This document shows positions 12,301 through 27,300 of a DNA stretch of 64,000 nucleotides, in pieces; the stretch's first letter is position 1; the number at the start of each line of letters is the position of its first letter. The stretch covers positions 1,004,321-1,068,320 of the forward strand of contig JAQGDQ010000028.1 in the NCBI GenBank assembly GCA_030141605.1, given 5' to 3'. The translations under genes and the position numbers were made by a program. Under the pieces are notes generated by a model. The model ran no database searches. It was not told the origin of the DNA and saw only the letters and a list, made by a program, of their open reading frames with translations. The DNA comes from Tubiluchus corallicola. Lineage: Eukaryota; Animalia; Priapulida.

Positions 12301-15300
12301 TGTTAAAAACTGGAATTATAGAAAAAGCTTCAGCTGGGTAGATCTTGTGTCACACAGTCACTAATTCTAATAATTATTTTTATGCTTTCCATTTTGTTTT
12401 AGCTAGGGGATACATCAGTCATGGTGACAGCTGTTAGTAAAACTAAAGCATCAACATCAACATTTTTGCCACTTACAGTAAGTTTATTATTTCAGAAGTA
12501 TAACTGTATAACTGGCAGCAAATTCATTAAATGTGTATCACAAACCAATTGTTGATTCACATGGCGCTGTTTGTAATTGTTACTAATTGAGGTGTCTAGA
12601 AAATTGACATGTTATAGGTTCTCATTCATCTGCATTTGTGTACATTTATTTATTAAATAAGAGATTTATTACCATCACCAATTGTCTTTCATCATCTGCA
12701 AACATTCCACATGGTAAGTTTAGTGATGTGTTAAACAGTTTAGTACTAGTTTAATACTAATCATTTACACGTTAAGTACTTATTAAGAACATCCCAATTA
12801 CTAAATGATTATCTTCCATTATCTTGCAGAAAACAGTCATTCGTTTGAAACAAGATGCTTGAAAATGTGTAGTAGCATTTGCTAAAGAAAAAATTGCTGC
12901 AAATTGCTATTGCTTAAAACGTAGCTGCTATTGCTTAAAATTTCCAGTGTGTGCTTTCACTGTTTAATACTGAAGAATGCTTAGCCTTGGTTTTAACTTA
13001 TTTTCCAAATGAAAGATAATAGAAAATGGTTTGTCGTTGACAAATTTTTTTTGAATATAGGTTGATTATAGACAAAAGGCTGCAGCTGCTGGAAGAATAC
13101 CGACAAACTTTCTTCGCCGAGAATTAGGGCCAACTGATCACGAGATATTGATTAGTCGAGCGATTGATCGATCGATACGGCCATTATTTCATGCTGGATA
13201 TTTTTACGAGACGCAGGTAAATGATGAAGATTGTTGCTTTGTGACAAATGGTTGCCGTTAGTTTTTTATGAATCACTAGAAATCCGATATTTTTTACTGT
13301 GTGAAATCCATATACTTAAATATAATAATTATAGATGTTAATTATTTTAAAGTCTTCGATTGGAGTAATAGGTTTGTGTTTTGGTCTATTTAAAAGAAAA
13401 CTGGACAATTGTGTAGACATTAGTTAATATAAAGTATGCTGTAAAATATTCAAAACTACAAAAGCTTTTTTAAATCAAAACTTAGATTAAATAATTACCT
13501 TGGATAGGTAAATTTTGTTAAACTTTCAAAGCTATGTACGGCTCAGCGAATCTACTAAGACTGGCAATGGTGCTTTTTTGTCGCAATCACGTGGCCGACA
13601 AATAGGCGCAGTACCGTGATAAGCATGTTCAAGAACTGCAGTGTTTGTCTGTGATGTCGGTGTGACGTAGAGCTCATTTTCGTGACATCACATAACCATG
13701 TTATAGCAATCTTCCCTTACGCAAACATGCTTGACCCACAGGGAAGATGCCTACCACTGCACAAACTGTGGGTAGTTTGTGACGTAAGCGATAGCTGTGT
13801 TCAGTTTCCGTTAATTAACTTTCTAAGGTAATTATTCAAATATTAGAAACAATTGTCAACTTTTATAGGCAATAAAATGTACATTTTCGACAGTAAATTA
13901 AAATGAGATTGAGTCTAATAAATCGTCCGGTTTTCCTTTAAATAGCCATGTTTGTTACATTGTGTGCTTAACACCAAAGTTAATGAACATCAGCCCTGGT
14001 GGTAAATAAGCTGATTGCCGTGTTCAATACTATATTCTATTGACATCCTGACGTGTGTGAACACCTCTGCCATTCGCTGTGTCCAGTGTATGATCAGAAT
14101 TGATTAGCCTTGATGATGAGGCAGGTTCCGGCTTCCGTCACAGCTGTCCATGTCAACTAGATCCTATTATTTGAGTGTTGAATTCCAGTTTATGCTGGTT
14201 AGTGGTAGTGGTGAAATTAAAACCGTTGCAAAAGCCTAAAACTGCTGTTTTAGTAACCCATTAACCCATTCCTCTATTGTCATTTTTCAGGTCTATTGTA
14301 ATTTATTAGCTGTAGATGGAATCAATGATCCAGACATTGTTAGTATTAACGGAGCTTCAACTGCTTTAGCATTATCGGATATCCCGTGGGCTGGACCTAT
14401 CGGTACATCATTTTTCTATACAGTCAACTCTGCTTAATTTGTAGGCAGTCACACAGTGATTATAAATCTGCCTGTTGGAGCTAAACAAGTTTTCCAACAG
14501 TTAGTTATCAATGATCCTTCATTATTATAGCACATAAGCTGTAAACTTGTAGAATCCAAAATGCAATTAACCCAAAATTGTGAAAGTAATAACCCAAATT
14601 TAGTGGAAAGAGCTCAATGGGATTTTCAGATGTGATGTGATGTGAAAAAAACGAAACTAAGAATTAACCAGATGCGTGATAAGCAGAGAGTTAACTATAT
14701 ATTGTAGTCTAAATTTCATCTTGTCTGTTATGGATGATAAGTTTCTGTACTATTGATTATTTATTCCAAAGAAGCCACATGACAATCTAATAACAGTTAT
14801 TGATGGATTAATTTCACACTCACAGTAGATAAATTTCTCAATTTTGATTCTACATATATCTGATACAGAAGCCAAAGGTTCACCACTGCACATTATTTAA
14901 TATACAGTTTTCCGCGGTAAGAGTTTAAATGCCGAGAGCTTCATAAAAGTTCTTTTTATTTTCAGGTGCTGTACGTGTGGGTATAATTGATAGAAATATT
15001 GTAATTAATCCAACACGGAGACAGTTATCAGAGAGCATGCTCAATTTACTCGTTACAGGAACAACAGACAAACGTATAGGTAGAAATATTGTTTTTAGAA
15101 AATATTTTCTTAAATATTTACAGGTTAACATTTACAGTTTTTCATAAAAATATTACGACATGTAAAAATAAATTTCTTTGATAAATAATTCTAAAATATC
15201 TATGTGTACACTTTTTTACAAATGTTCATGCCAGTAATTCATATTGATTATACATTCCGTAATGCAATAAATTATACACACTAATACACTGAATTAAACT

Positions 15301-18300
15301 AATACAAATTATATTTTTATGAATTATATTAAATTTTTGGATGTTTCAAAATAAGAAAGGCCTCCTAATATTTAATTTTGAGTAAAAATGCCAGACTTCA
15401 TTGACAAATGTAATTTTTTGACCGAGTTTGTAGTTTTTCGTCTTTTCTAAAAACATGTAAACTGACACAGAATTTAACATTTGAATTACTATGTGAATTT
15501 GCATTAGAAAGAATTCCTTGTTCTTAAATGAATTGAGTGGGATAAAGTTTTGTAAACTCAACTAATGAATTGCGTAATGATGAAAGTTTTAATATTATTT
15601 TTAACTTTACATATGTGACATTTACAAAAAATAAATTTGCATGCATTCAAAATTTGGTTGAATAGAAACCTATCCTCATATCCATGAAAAAACGTTAGTG
15701 AGAAATAAACATGTACAATAACATCGGAATTGTTTTGCAGTATAATACCTGTTTCCTGTTTTGTGTCTTTTAGTCTTGTAACTTGCCCTTTCAGTTATGC
15801 TAGAAGGATCAGCAGAAAATGTTTCACAAGAGGATTTACTAAAAGCCATTTCACATGGCTTGGACGAGGCGCAAGTGGTGGCGCAAGAAATTGCTCGATT
15901 AGCAGAAGAATGCGGCAAAGAAAAGCGAGTGCCACTCAAATATTTCGTCGCCAGCAATGAACTCGTTGTTGCTGCAAAGCTGTAAGCAGATCAGAATTTG
16001 GATTTTTTTGTTTGTTCAGTTGTCTTATTCCTGTTAACACCTAAATAAATTCTTTGGTAAGCGACTAGTCACTGTATTAGTACTTGTTATAATGTTTCTG
16101 CAGTAGTTCTGGTAACAAAACCACTACCAGTCTGAAAGCATCATTATAAATAATCTGTAAGAGTATTTTCATTTTAATTTTATGAATATTTAAAATGTCA
16201 AAGAATTCCGGATGCAAGTTGCTTGTCAAAAATTGTACTGTATGTCTTGAAAATAAATTTTTGATTGCCTTAGATGTGTAAACACTTGGTGCTGGTTTAA
16301 GGGCTTCACTTTTGAAAACTGCTGGTTTCCATTTTGCACATTTTACCAAACAATCTTGATTTGATTAAAATTATTTTCAAATCTAAATCTAAGGAATTTG
16401 TAAATATTTAAAAGTTGAAAATAAGTTGGAAAAATAAAAATCTCCAAAATGATATTTTTTAAAAATCAACAAAATGACATTTTACAAAAATCACCAAAAT
16501 AACATTTTTGAGCATTATTTTTAATTTCTAAAAATCTGTACAGGTAATTGTTGCAAACTAAGTTTACTACTTTCTTTACCTTCAATTATTTTTTAATTCA
16601 TCCTTGCATGAAAAGTTGAATGATCATATAAAAGATGCATCTAGCAAATATACACACGCTCCTCTATGCTCGTTTGCAAGTCTCGATATTGAGGCATTTA
16701 AAAATGTGATACTTAAATTCTTTCATTTTTGTAAAAAGATTTAATTGGAGACCTAAGGATAAACCTGCTGTCATTGAAATTTAAATTTCTGATTTCTGTT
16801 TATTTTTTCTACGGTCGGCATTGCTACTGCAAATCTTTTAAACTAAAAAACTTCTAATGATTTACTTGGTTTTGGAAATTTGTTTCATAAAAAAAATTTT
16901 TAATTTGCGATTGGAAGGACTAAATTTTAGAAACTTAAGATAAAATTTAGTGATTTATAAATTTTTTCTATGATTGTTAAGGCCCTAAAACAGTAGAAAA
17001 CTGTTTCCATGTTTCCATTTAGTTTTTAATTATGCATTTAACTGTGTCAAGAACTACATTTTTTACAGTTATGCTTAGGAATGCAGTGCTGTATCTATTT
17101 TGTAAGTTAATTTGTTCAAGCGGTTATGTGCTTACTTTTGGTAAACTTTGATTTGTCTGAGGTTTTTCTTTAAATATATTTCTTGACTTTGCAATAAAGT
17201 TCATGGTTGTCAAACACTAAGGTTCATTGTGCTGTATAGTCCTGCCCCGGTCATTTTATGTGTAAATGCGTATAGATGATGCGGTCTTTTGTTATAACTT
17301 AAAATCATCATAGCTGAAACGAACAGTGTTAGAAATTTTATATATCAGTGAATAAGCTTTTCTTAAGCAGCTAATATTAGATAATAATATATCTGTAAAA
17401 ATGCGAGTTACAAACAATTAGAAATGTGTTAGGCAACAAGTTAATTGTTTTTTTGCCTTTTTCTCAGTTTAGGGGAGACACGGGTAAGAGAAGTTTTTCT
17501 AGACAACATACATGATAAGGTAAGGGTGAGTTTACAGTTAAATTTTGTTATAATGCCAACCTCACTTAATAACCAAATTTTTAGCAAAACAAAATATGTG
17601 CATTGGTATAGATATGTATGGATTAATGCACCTCGCTATAATGCCAAACTCGCTTGGCACCAACTTTATTTTGCCTTAACAAGGTAGGTGGCATAAAGAG
17701 GTTTGACTGTAGTTTAACTACAAAGCCTTTGCCATAGGTGTTTCTGTCAGGCCATTTGGGCTTTAATAAATATAGTTAACAGTATTATGAAACTAATAAC
17801 TTACTTTTTCGTTTTGATGAATGGAGTTTTTTAGTGATGAAAAAGCACAAGAAAGAACCTGAAAAAAACTTACTTTGCTTACCAAATTATTTGTCTTGTT
17901 TTTTTTACAATCCTGCCAGAAAAGTGTTACAGTTGTGTTAAGAATAGTTTATAATTATATTATTATCAGAATATTTCTTGACTTTATCAATTTCTTTTTC
18001 ATTACTAGACATTCCCCATGTTTTATTTTTCTTTGGCTTTCATAATGATTAACTGAATTATTTTCATTTTGTCTGTATTGGTCTTATCTGTATCTAATAT
18101 TAATTTTTCTGCCCCTTGAATTTATGTTCATGATTCCTCACATGTCTCTGGATGTAATGTACAAATTCAGGTTTATCTGTGCATTTGTATGTAAGTGGTT
18201 AAAAAATGGTGTATTGAGCCTAGTTCAAATTTAAGTTCGGGTAACACTTTCCTTAATATAGATATCTCGAGATGAAGCCATCAACAGGATACGTCTGGAT

Positions 18301-21300
18301 GTGATGGAAAAACTGCAGCAGAACATTCCTGCAGCAGAACAGTTTAATGTAATGGAAGCGTTCGGCACAATGGTTAAAGATGTTTTTAGGAATCTGATTT
18401 TAGACGAGAATAGAAGGTTGAACTACATTTACTTTTTAACATTTTTGTACACATATGAACTTAGAGTTATTTTAATTTTTTACTTACTGCCTACAAGGTG
18501 TTTAGCATTCGAATATTAATGCTGAATAGGCCATTTAGCAAGATAGGGGAACTTTTTAGCCGAGCACAGCAGAAACTCGAGAGAGAACGGGGGAGAGCGA
18601 GATTCAGATAGTGTGGGGGCAAACAGGCAGAGAGGGGAGGAAGGCAATCAGCCAGGAAGGATAAAGAGAGTTTTGAAATGCTGGCACTATCCTGTAAAGT
18701 AACAGATAAATCGTGCTGCATGGAGGGATTGTTCCAGTGGCAAAATGAATCCCAATGAACCCAAGAAATGTAGTTCATTTTGTACAGGAGTATTTTCTAA
18801 ATTTACCAGTAAAAGCAAATAAACGTTCATTGTTATTTTGACCAGACCAGATGGTTTAGTCTAGTGGCAATGTGTCCACTTTCAATCTGGGAGGTTGTGA
18901 GCTGGGTCGTACCGCATACTTTAAAAATGATACCTGCTGTTGCCCTGCCCGGCACGTGGTATTAAGGGTAAAAGTGAGGTAATAATAATCTCTGTTATGT
19001 AGTTGTAGTTTGTTATTTATAGTTGGCGATAATTAGCTCTTTGAGCTAATGTTAATTGTTCATCCAAAATAATAAAATTTTTATTTATTTAAATTTTGAC
19101 TTTAAATAAAGATTATTATTATTGTTGTTGTTGTTGTTGTTGTTGTGGTTGTTGTTGTTGTTATTATTAGGCAGTAACGTCTTGGTAATGTTATTCTGAT
19201 ATTATATGTAGGTGCGATGGTAGGGATTTAACAGAATTGCGTGATATCTCTTGTGATGTGGACATCTATAAACCTCTGCATGGGTCAGCTTTATTTCAGC
19301 GAGGTCAGACGCAGTGTCTTTGTACAGTGACATTTGATTCGTTGGAGTCAGCCTTTAAGTCTGATCCAATATCTGTCATAGCTGGGTGAGTTGTGCAGCT
19401 ATACATCATTGTCATATTGAATTAGCATAAGCACCTGTTAAAAAATCTATTGCAGACACCAAAAAAAGAAGAAAAGCATAAGGCAAGTGTGTATTTGGCT
19501 GCACAAGATAAGCAATGCTGAATCTTGCTCTTAACTGGATGTGGTACTACCGATCTGTGAATCTGCTTTTGGTAGCTTTTCTAGTTTAAGGAGGATGTAT
19601 ACACAACTGAAAAGGACTAAGATCCCATTACTTTATTAGTCTTTTATTTTAAAATATCTTTGGCAATCAGTTAGATGCTAATTCTAGCTTGTGGGGCTAG
19701 AGCGATCAGCATTAAGATATTGCCTTGCAGTTGTCAATTTGCATATGAACAGCTGTTGACTAAGAAAAGTTTTTGTATTTAATCAGCTCTCTAGTCTTGA
19801 ATAGCTTCTATTATCTTATTATGCCATGCATTTGCTGAGAATCCGAGTTGCGTTGTTGCGTATCCGAGAAATCTGACACACAACCAATATGTGTCCGGCT
19901 TCAGTAAATAAGTATGCAACAACTGCTCATGTAAATGATATATCTCATATAAAAAATTGTATGATAAACTGTACAATATGAATGAAAGGACCACTACACA
20001 CACACGTGTGAGTAGTCATTTCCAATAGTCATTTCTGCGAATCTCATTAATCGCTGTAATTTTAGTCACAGCAGCCTCCCCGACTGGGGTACATTAAAAA
20101 GCATTTATTTGGAACTTTTTTCGTAGTAGAAGAAATTTATTAAATAAACATCAGATGAACACTTTTTTGATACAGACTTGGCACCACATTGATAGTGTAT
20201 AGCTCGTAATCTAGTTTCATTAGCAGTTTATAACACACAACCTCGATTATCTCTAGTGCATCTTGAGATATTCTTTTTCGCCATTCGTCAGTCGAGTCCA
20301 GCTTTGCTCTTCTCCTGTACAAACAATGAACAAAAACTATGTATTAAGTTATCATTAATAGCTTATAATTGCAGAAAACATTTAAAAAAGCAAATACACA
20401 TCTGCTTTTAGTGCTGTATCTTTGACTAAATTTCATTCTCATTTTTTAATTTAGGTATGTAGTAGTTTAGAGGGAGCGAAGTGGAACACTATTTCTCTTG
20501 ATAAAAAACCTTAACCTATCCATATACATGTATCTATCCATAATACATTCATCTCATAGCTCCACTTAGTAAGTTTTTTGCGACCACACCACTGTTTTAG
20601 TAAATTTACTGAGCAAGCTTTTTTTAAGAGCAGTGGCAAAAACTTTATTAGGAAACTGGTCCAATAGCTACTTTCAGTGTAAATATGGTGCAAATTTCTA
20701 GTTGCAAGAAACTTAAGGAATTAAATTAATGTAAAGAAGCAATATATTACGTGCGCAGTAATGCGAATCCTTTTGATGTAGCTTTCTTCACCCAAGCCTT
20801 TACGTTTGGATGGATATCCACGTCCAGGAATCTGTAAAGTGTTTCTGTCATGACGAATGGATGATTAAGCACATCTTCATACCTGTAAAATTTATAAAAG
20901 TCACTATTTAAAAAAACAAGAGGTTGTTGTTGGTTTAACACACAACTGCACGTGCTTAAAATCATGTTAGAGCAGTGGCACTTATTATGTTGTGAGACCA
21001 CAAGTCACTGCCGTCTTTTCAGTTTGCTGAACAGTGGACACGTTAAATGTATACTTTACATGCATGAGGCATTTTAATTACTGTATTGTATTTAAATGTA
21101 ATTAAGCATTTTTCTGGAAAGTACTGCTAGAAAAGTTGCTTCTGAATGTTTTCATTCTGTATTGTTGAGGAAGAATGTTTCATTAAATGATAGTAGTACC
21201 TTTGCCGATTCACTGTCTGATCTTAGAGGATTATGCTTGGCAACTACTATTTTTACTAATTACATTTAACTACATTCATTCGGCATTTGTGTTACACTTT

Positions 21301-24300
21301 TAAGTTCTGCATGCCTGCTTGTAAAATGCTCAGCTGTATGAAAAAAAGTGTGACCCTATTTTATGACAGAAGTTTCTCACAAAATGTTAATATTAAAAAT
21401 ATCTAAATGTAATATTCCTTTCAAACACCAGTACTTCACTGAAAACACCGGTAATATTCACCTGCTGAATAGCTATATACAGTATTATTCCGCACTTGTT
21501 TGCCTTTCGTTAAATTTGAAAAATTAGTTCCATATCATACGAATTTGCTCAAAGGCATAAAGGAGCACCGCAGTTTACGCATAACTTTCATTCATGGTTT
21601 TGCCTATTCTTGTTAGTCGATACACTAAAACAGAACCTCTAGTTTTTGTCTAAATAAGTCTTTACATTAATCAATTTATACAAAATAAAAACGCAAAATA
21701 ATATACATTATTATTAATTAATCTGTCATCTGTCGTCGGCGACTATTTGTGTGTCAAAGAATATTAGGCCTAATTTGTTAAATCATAGAACACCATCTTT
21801 CATTAATAGTAATACACCATATTCGTGGCCACAGTACAGTACCACAGTTAATGTCGGCTGTGCGTTTAAGGTGAGTCTGTGAACCAGCAGAGGTGTTTTA
21901 AGCACGTTTGGATTTGTACTCCATCTATGAAGTAAACAGTCAGGTTCAGTGTGGCAACCAGCTTTGGTGCCATTCTTAACTTTTTTGCTAAGCATGACAC
22001 TACGACAAATAAGGCTGTGCACCTCTTATTAGCAAAATTAATTAACACTTACCTAATCCGCATATATCTATCCGGGTAAAGTTTTTTTATTTTTTCTCCT
22101 GCGTCATAATCGTCATTCATGGCCTTGCATACAGATTTAGCTTGCTTAGCCAGCCGCTGTCGCTGTATTCTTGATTGTGCTGTAATAGTGTACCATCTCA
22201 TTGCATTTATCATGGCTCGCGGATCACGGACCAAGTGTATGATTTTTACATCGAGTCTTGTATCATATAAGAGAGGCTCTGTATCTACCATTGATGTTCT
22301 TATTGTCTTTGCCACGGCTATCTTGTGTTGCGAACAAGCTTTTGGATAAAGTATTTTGCTGTTCTTCGTAAATGCTGCATTAGAGAGCTTATTGCAAAAC
22401 GCGTTCAAAAATATGATCTGAGTAGTGCATTCACTAAACTTTTGTATGGCTTTCATTTGCTTAAACAGCATCCCTTGTTGCCTGTATTTTGGCAGCGGAT
22501 AAAATCTGTCACTTCTGCATAGAAGAGAATTTGTCAGAATTCTCTGCTTTAACAGGGACACATTTTGCCCTTTGAGATGTTTTTGAAAACCTAGAGTCGG
22601 TGTAGAGATGTTTGCTTTGTATAAAAACAACGCGTGTAAAGGTTCATAGATGTAGAAGATTTCTGGATTGTTGTTGAAAAGGTTGCCAACAAATGTAGAT
22701 CCTGTCTGATACCTGCTCACTATGACAGCTGACTTTTTTCTTCCCAATGGCTGATTGTGCCAACTGTTATATACTAAAAATGTTATATAATTTTGGCTTA
22801 AGTTCATTCAAAAGTAAGCAGAAACTTATTTTGAGTGCAGTGAATAATTTCTTAGAGAAATTTTACTTAGTTCAGTAGCTGTATTAAACACGAGCTTCGT
22901 TGAAGAAACAAACTCTTGCTTCAATTGTGCAAATTTAAACTCACAATAAGTCTGAAGAATAACCAAGTTATCAGAAATTCACATAACAAAAAATAAGAAA
23001 TTTTTATTTGCCAATTATAAAGAGATGGTGTTTACAAAGTGTAAGTGCCACTGATCTCAGCATCAAAATGAAAGGCTAAAAGTATTATTAGGAACTCAGC
23101 TCCATTCTAATGCTGGCTGATAATGTTGTTCTTTCTCGATGTAAACTGAACTTAATATTTCAAAGTCAGTAAGTTATATTTTGAAGAAATTTAATTTTTT
23201 CATAAATATTTCGATTTGTTATCAGTTGTTACTAGTTGTATATGCTCGTGCTTAGTGGTTGCAATATATTTAACTTGCTGGTAGTGCGCTTACCTGACTT
23301 ACTTCCTTCAAATTTCTTAACAAGGAGGTGTACATCTGCCCGCACCACACCTTAATTTTGACTTTAGCATTATTGCGAGGCATGGTGCCAGTGAGCAGTA
23401 AAGTTTCTTCTGTTGCTGTGTGAAGTAGTATTACAGTAAGATGCTAGTTCTAACCAAGAATCTGGGGCCGGGTTAACTAACATGTTCATAAGAATTTTCT
23501 TAGAAACTGCCTAGGAATTTTTTTGTGAAGTTTGTAAGCAGTTTTGTGAATCCATCTCTGATGTAGTTTACATTCTCAATTTGCAAAATTATAACTTATT
23601 TTAGTTAGCCTTACCATTACATGAATTACAAATATAAAATAACAGTTATGTATGAATAGTTTTATGAAAGCAGCCTCACCTTCTCTGTTCATTTTTCTTT
23701 TTACATTTTCACTTTGATAACTGACAAGTAAAAAAGATGGTACAAATATCGCTAACATGGAGATAGCTACAATGAGTTTTAGAGACACGCTTTTTGTTGT
23801 CCATCCACTTTTCCGTGAATGACGGCGTTTCTTCGCCATTTCTTCTTAACAAAAACCAACAGTATTAACGAAAAATCAAGGAAACAACTTGGCACCTCTT
23901 GTAATTTAATCACACTGTTACTGTGAATCAGCTTTGCTATAGCTGCAGTTTGGTAGTCTTGCTGTAGACTGTACTGTCATTGTTATGCTGTACATTGTCA
24001 AAGTCATTGTTTATTGATCACATTGCCTACAGTCTGGGCTACAGTGCCTTATGAAATGTTATGAATTTAGCTGGAAGTCTTGTCCCCTTCTATAATTTAG
24101 ATGTCTACATTTCCACATCCGTGGCATTGAATTTCTGAAACCTATTGACTCGATTGCAATGGCATGAATGCAACTTGCATTTTAGTTTGTTTGTTGATTC
24201 CTAAATTAAAGTTAGTTTATAATACATGTAATTTGATCGTTGGACAATTTCATTTATTTTTTGTATAATTCTACTACATATATTTCATTTTTATACCATT

Positions 24301-27300
24301 TTAATGATTTTGAATTGCTTTCAGTGCTTCTAAGGAGAAAAATTTTATGGTTCATTATGAGGTATGATGTTTTTTTATCCTCCTCTTTTCAAAACTAAAA
24401 ATTCTGTTCTCGAAAGTTTGCATAGCTGGATAAATTATATAAAAAAATTTCTAGGCTACATATGCAAATTTATATTTACAAGACATTTTTCCATAATTTC
24501 TGTTGGTAGTTTTATTTCAAGTTAAGTGATCATTGAAGATAATTAAAATTGATTTTTTGTATTTTTAACATGTGTATTTCTGTAAGAAAAATTTTAATAA
24601 TAAAAAAATTTCCTTAGGGCTCTGTAATGCAAACTAGACTTACGTCTGAGATAAAAAGATTTATGGAAATTTAATTGAACAGAGTACTTACTTTGCACCA
24701 TAATCTTTTTGGTTCACAAAACAAATAGATAAGCCTCTTTGGACAAAGAATATTTAAAATTGTGTTTTTACATTTATGTAATTTTGTGATTTAGTTTAAC
24801 TTTTGATTTCGAGTCACTATAAAAGCACTTAGGCTTGCACACACCTTATCGTGGTGACGCCATGTTCAGTTTTTGTTTATTCGATTTTGGACTTTGTGAC
24901 TTAGTTTTGTAACATTCTTTGTTCAAAAGTTATTGTTATTTTTAATAATCATTCACACGATCATATGTGTCGAAACTTTTGTGTAATTATCTTGTATACT
25001 GCTTATGCCCGAAGGCATCAAATTAATTGGAAAGGAATTCATTGGGTATGGTGCGTATTCAATTTTATAGTGTTTAACTGCAGAACAGCACAGCAAAAAG
25101 TGAGCGCATTTCCAACACTCTTATTTAGCTTATAACTAATAACTATAGCTTTGTATCTAGCTTATACTTGAAATTTTTTAGTTTCCGCCATATGCGACAA
25201 ACGAAACTGGTAGAGCAGGAATGATGGGACGGAGAGAGCATGGGCACGGGGCGCTTGCTGAGAAGGGACTCCTCGCTGTTGTGCCAGACAGTTTTCCTTT
25301 CACCATTCGATTGACATCTGAAGTATTCGAGTCAAATGGTGAGCAAACACAGCAAAAGATAAACATCTAATTATCTGCAGACCCAAAATAGTAAAACTTT
25401 GTAGATTTTTTGTATTGAACGGAAACAAATTCTAACCTTACATATGTCATGTATTAGCTTTATAACATTTATTTTAAGCAAATGTCCAAAACTAAATCGC
25501 ATTTTCACTCAGAGTTCACAAGCAGTAGGGGCTCTTCGCCTAGTGTAGTTTAGTGATTTAATTTCCCTAACTGATCTTTTCCCTAACACGACAACATTAA
25601 TACATTACAACATAATTAACATACATTTTAGGATTGTGATTATGCATTGCTATATGTTGTGTGTTGTACGTAGCTTTATTCTTTATTCTCTTGACTATTT
25701 AGCTACTGTTTTGGATGTGGTGGTGTCAAAAGAACTCGTCTCAGTTTCTCGTCGTCGCCTTTATTTTTCTGTTCGAGGTAGCAAGAAAAACAAAAATAAA
25801 CAATGCTGTTTTTGCTCTTTTTATGTAAAAGTTAATGTGGAGAACCTGAAAACTCACAGTGGGGAAAGTGTTACAGGGATAGCCTTGTTTTCTGTCTTTT
25901 TTCAAAGTCTTGTATAAGGTCCACTTTTTACCCGATATCCACCTATTTGCTGTGACAAACGTCATTCGGAAGAAATGGCCCTTTTTATTTTAGAAAACAA
26001 GCATACCTCTGGAGAAAATAAGGATAATTAAATAAAAGAAGATGTACGAATATTATTGAAAACACACCTACATTGAACAAAATTGAAAAGTGTAATTTGG
26101 TATTTCAATTTCGTGATTGCAGTATGAGAAAACACAAAATCTTATTTAGGGCTCCACCTATTGTTTTGCTACCCCACAAAGATTGCTCGTACACTACTGA
26201 TTGGGTCGCTGCCATTAATGTGTTATTTTTCTAGGATCTAGTTCATTAGCGTCTATATGTGGAGGTAGCCTTGCTTTGATGGATGCTGGTGTGCCAATAT
26301 CAGAACCTGTAGCTGGTGTTGCAATGGGACTAGTTACAAGATATGATGAAGCAAAACCAAATGAGTTAGATGAGTATAAGGTTTTGACTGATATTATGGT
26401 ACGTATTCCATATAATTAAAATGTAATCTAACCTACAAAAAAGGGAATTTACTCACACAGTGCTAGTTTTTTTATATTTAGTGTATGTTGCAGTGATATC
26501 TGAGCAAAATTGATATATGAATTTTAATACTTTTTATTTGTATTGTATATACTATTAATTATTATTATTATTATTATTTATCATTTAATTAATTATTAAC
26601 ATAATTTTTAAATGTTATTAATTTGGAACGTCAGTTGATTGCTTTCTAATTCTTACATCTCCACTACATTTCACTAACTTTGTAAAACCTTACCTTGTTT
26701 ATTACTCTTGCAATTTTTACAACTAAATTTAGCTTTGGCTAGATTACTTTCAGTCTGGTTTAGATTGAATTTAATTGGATCATATTAACTTGATTACCTT
26801 GAATAGTATTGTATGTTGTACAGAATCGGAGAGGAAAAGAAAATATGGGATAAGATTGGATTGAAGTTTAGATTAGGTGGGATTTGATTAAATTAGATTA
26901 GACTGAATTAGATTAGATTGGATCATATCAGATTGGATCAGTTCAAGTCAGATTAGATTATATTAGATCCAGTTAGGTAGGTAAAGTATCAGGTTATTAA
27001 GGTTAGGTCAAGTTAGGTGGAAATGCATTATTTTATATCAGCTAAAAGGTTCTGACAATTCTAAGATGTTTTTAACTGCTTTTCTTTTGCATTTGTCTTT
27101 TCTAGGGTATTGAAGACTACATGGGTGATATGGATTTCAAGTTGGCTGGCACCCGGCATGGATTAACAGCCCTTCAAGCAGACATCAAAGTACCTGGCCT
27201 GCCATTTAAAGTCATTTCTGAAGCAATTCAGCAAGCTTTTGGTAAATTTGTTATAGTGTTCTTAATGACAACTTGTTATAGCCTGTAGAATCAGCATAAT

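Noticed and set aside
18530-18790. Purine-rich, GC-richer stretch with a 95-aa antisense ORF in PNPT1 intron 9
   Set aside because: No recognisable motif, splice sites or element boundaries.
23303-23415. Open frame between sulfotransferase exons 1 and 2 with a cacacag acceptor and GTAAGT/GTAAGC donors ([10 protein letters not shown]...RNLKE)
   Set aside because: Enters in phase 1 but exits in phase 0, which does not fit the phase-1 acceptor at 22773; exon 1 joins exon 2 in frame without it.
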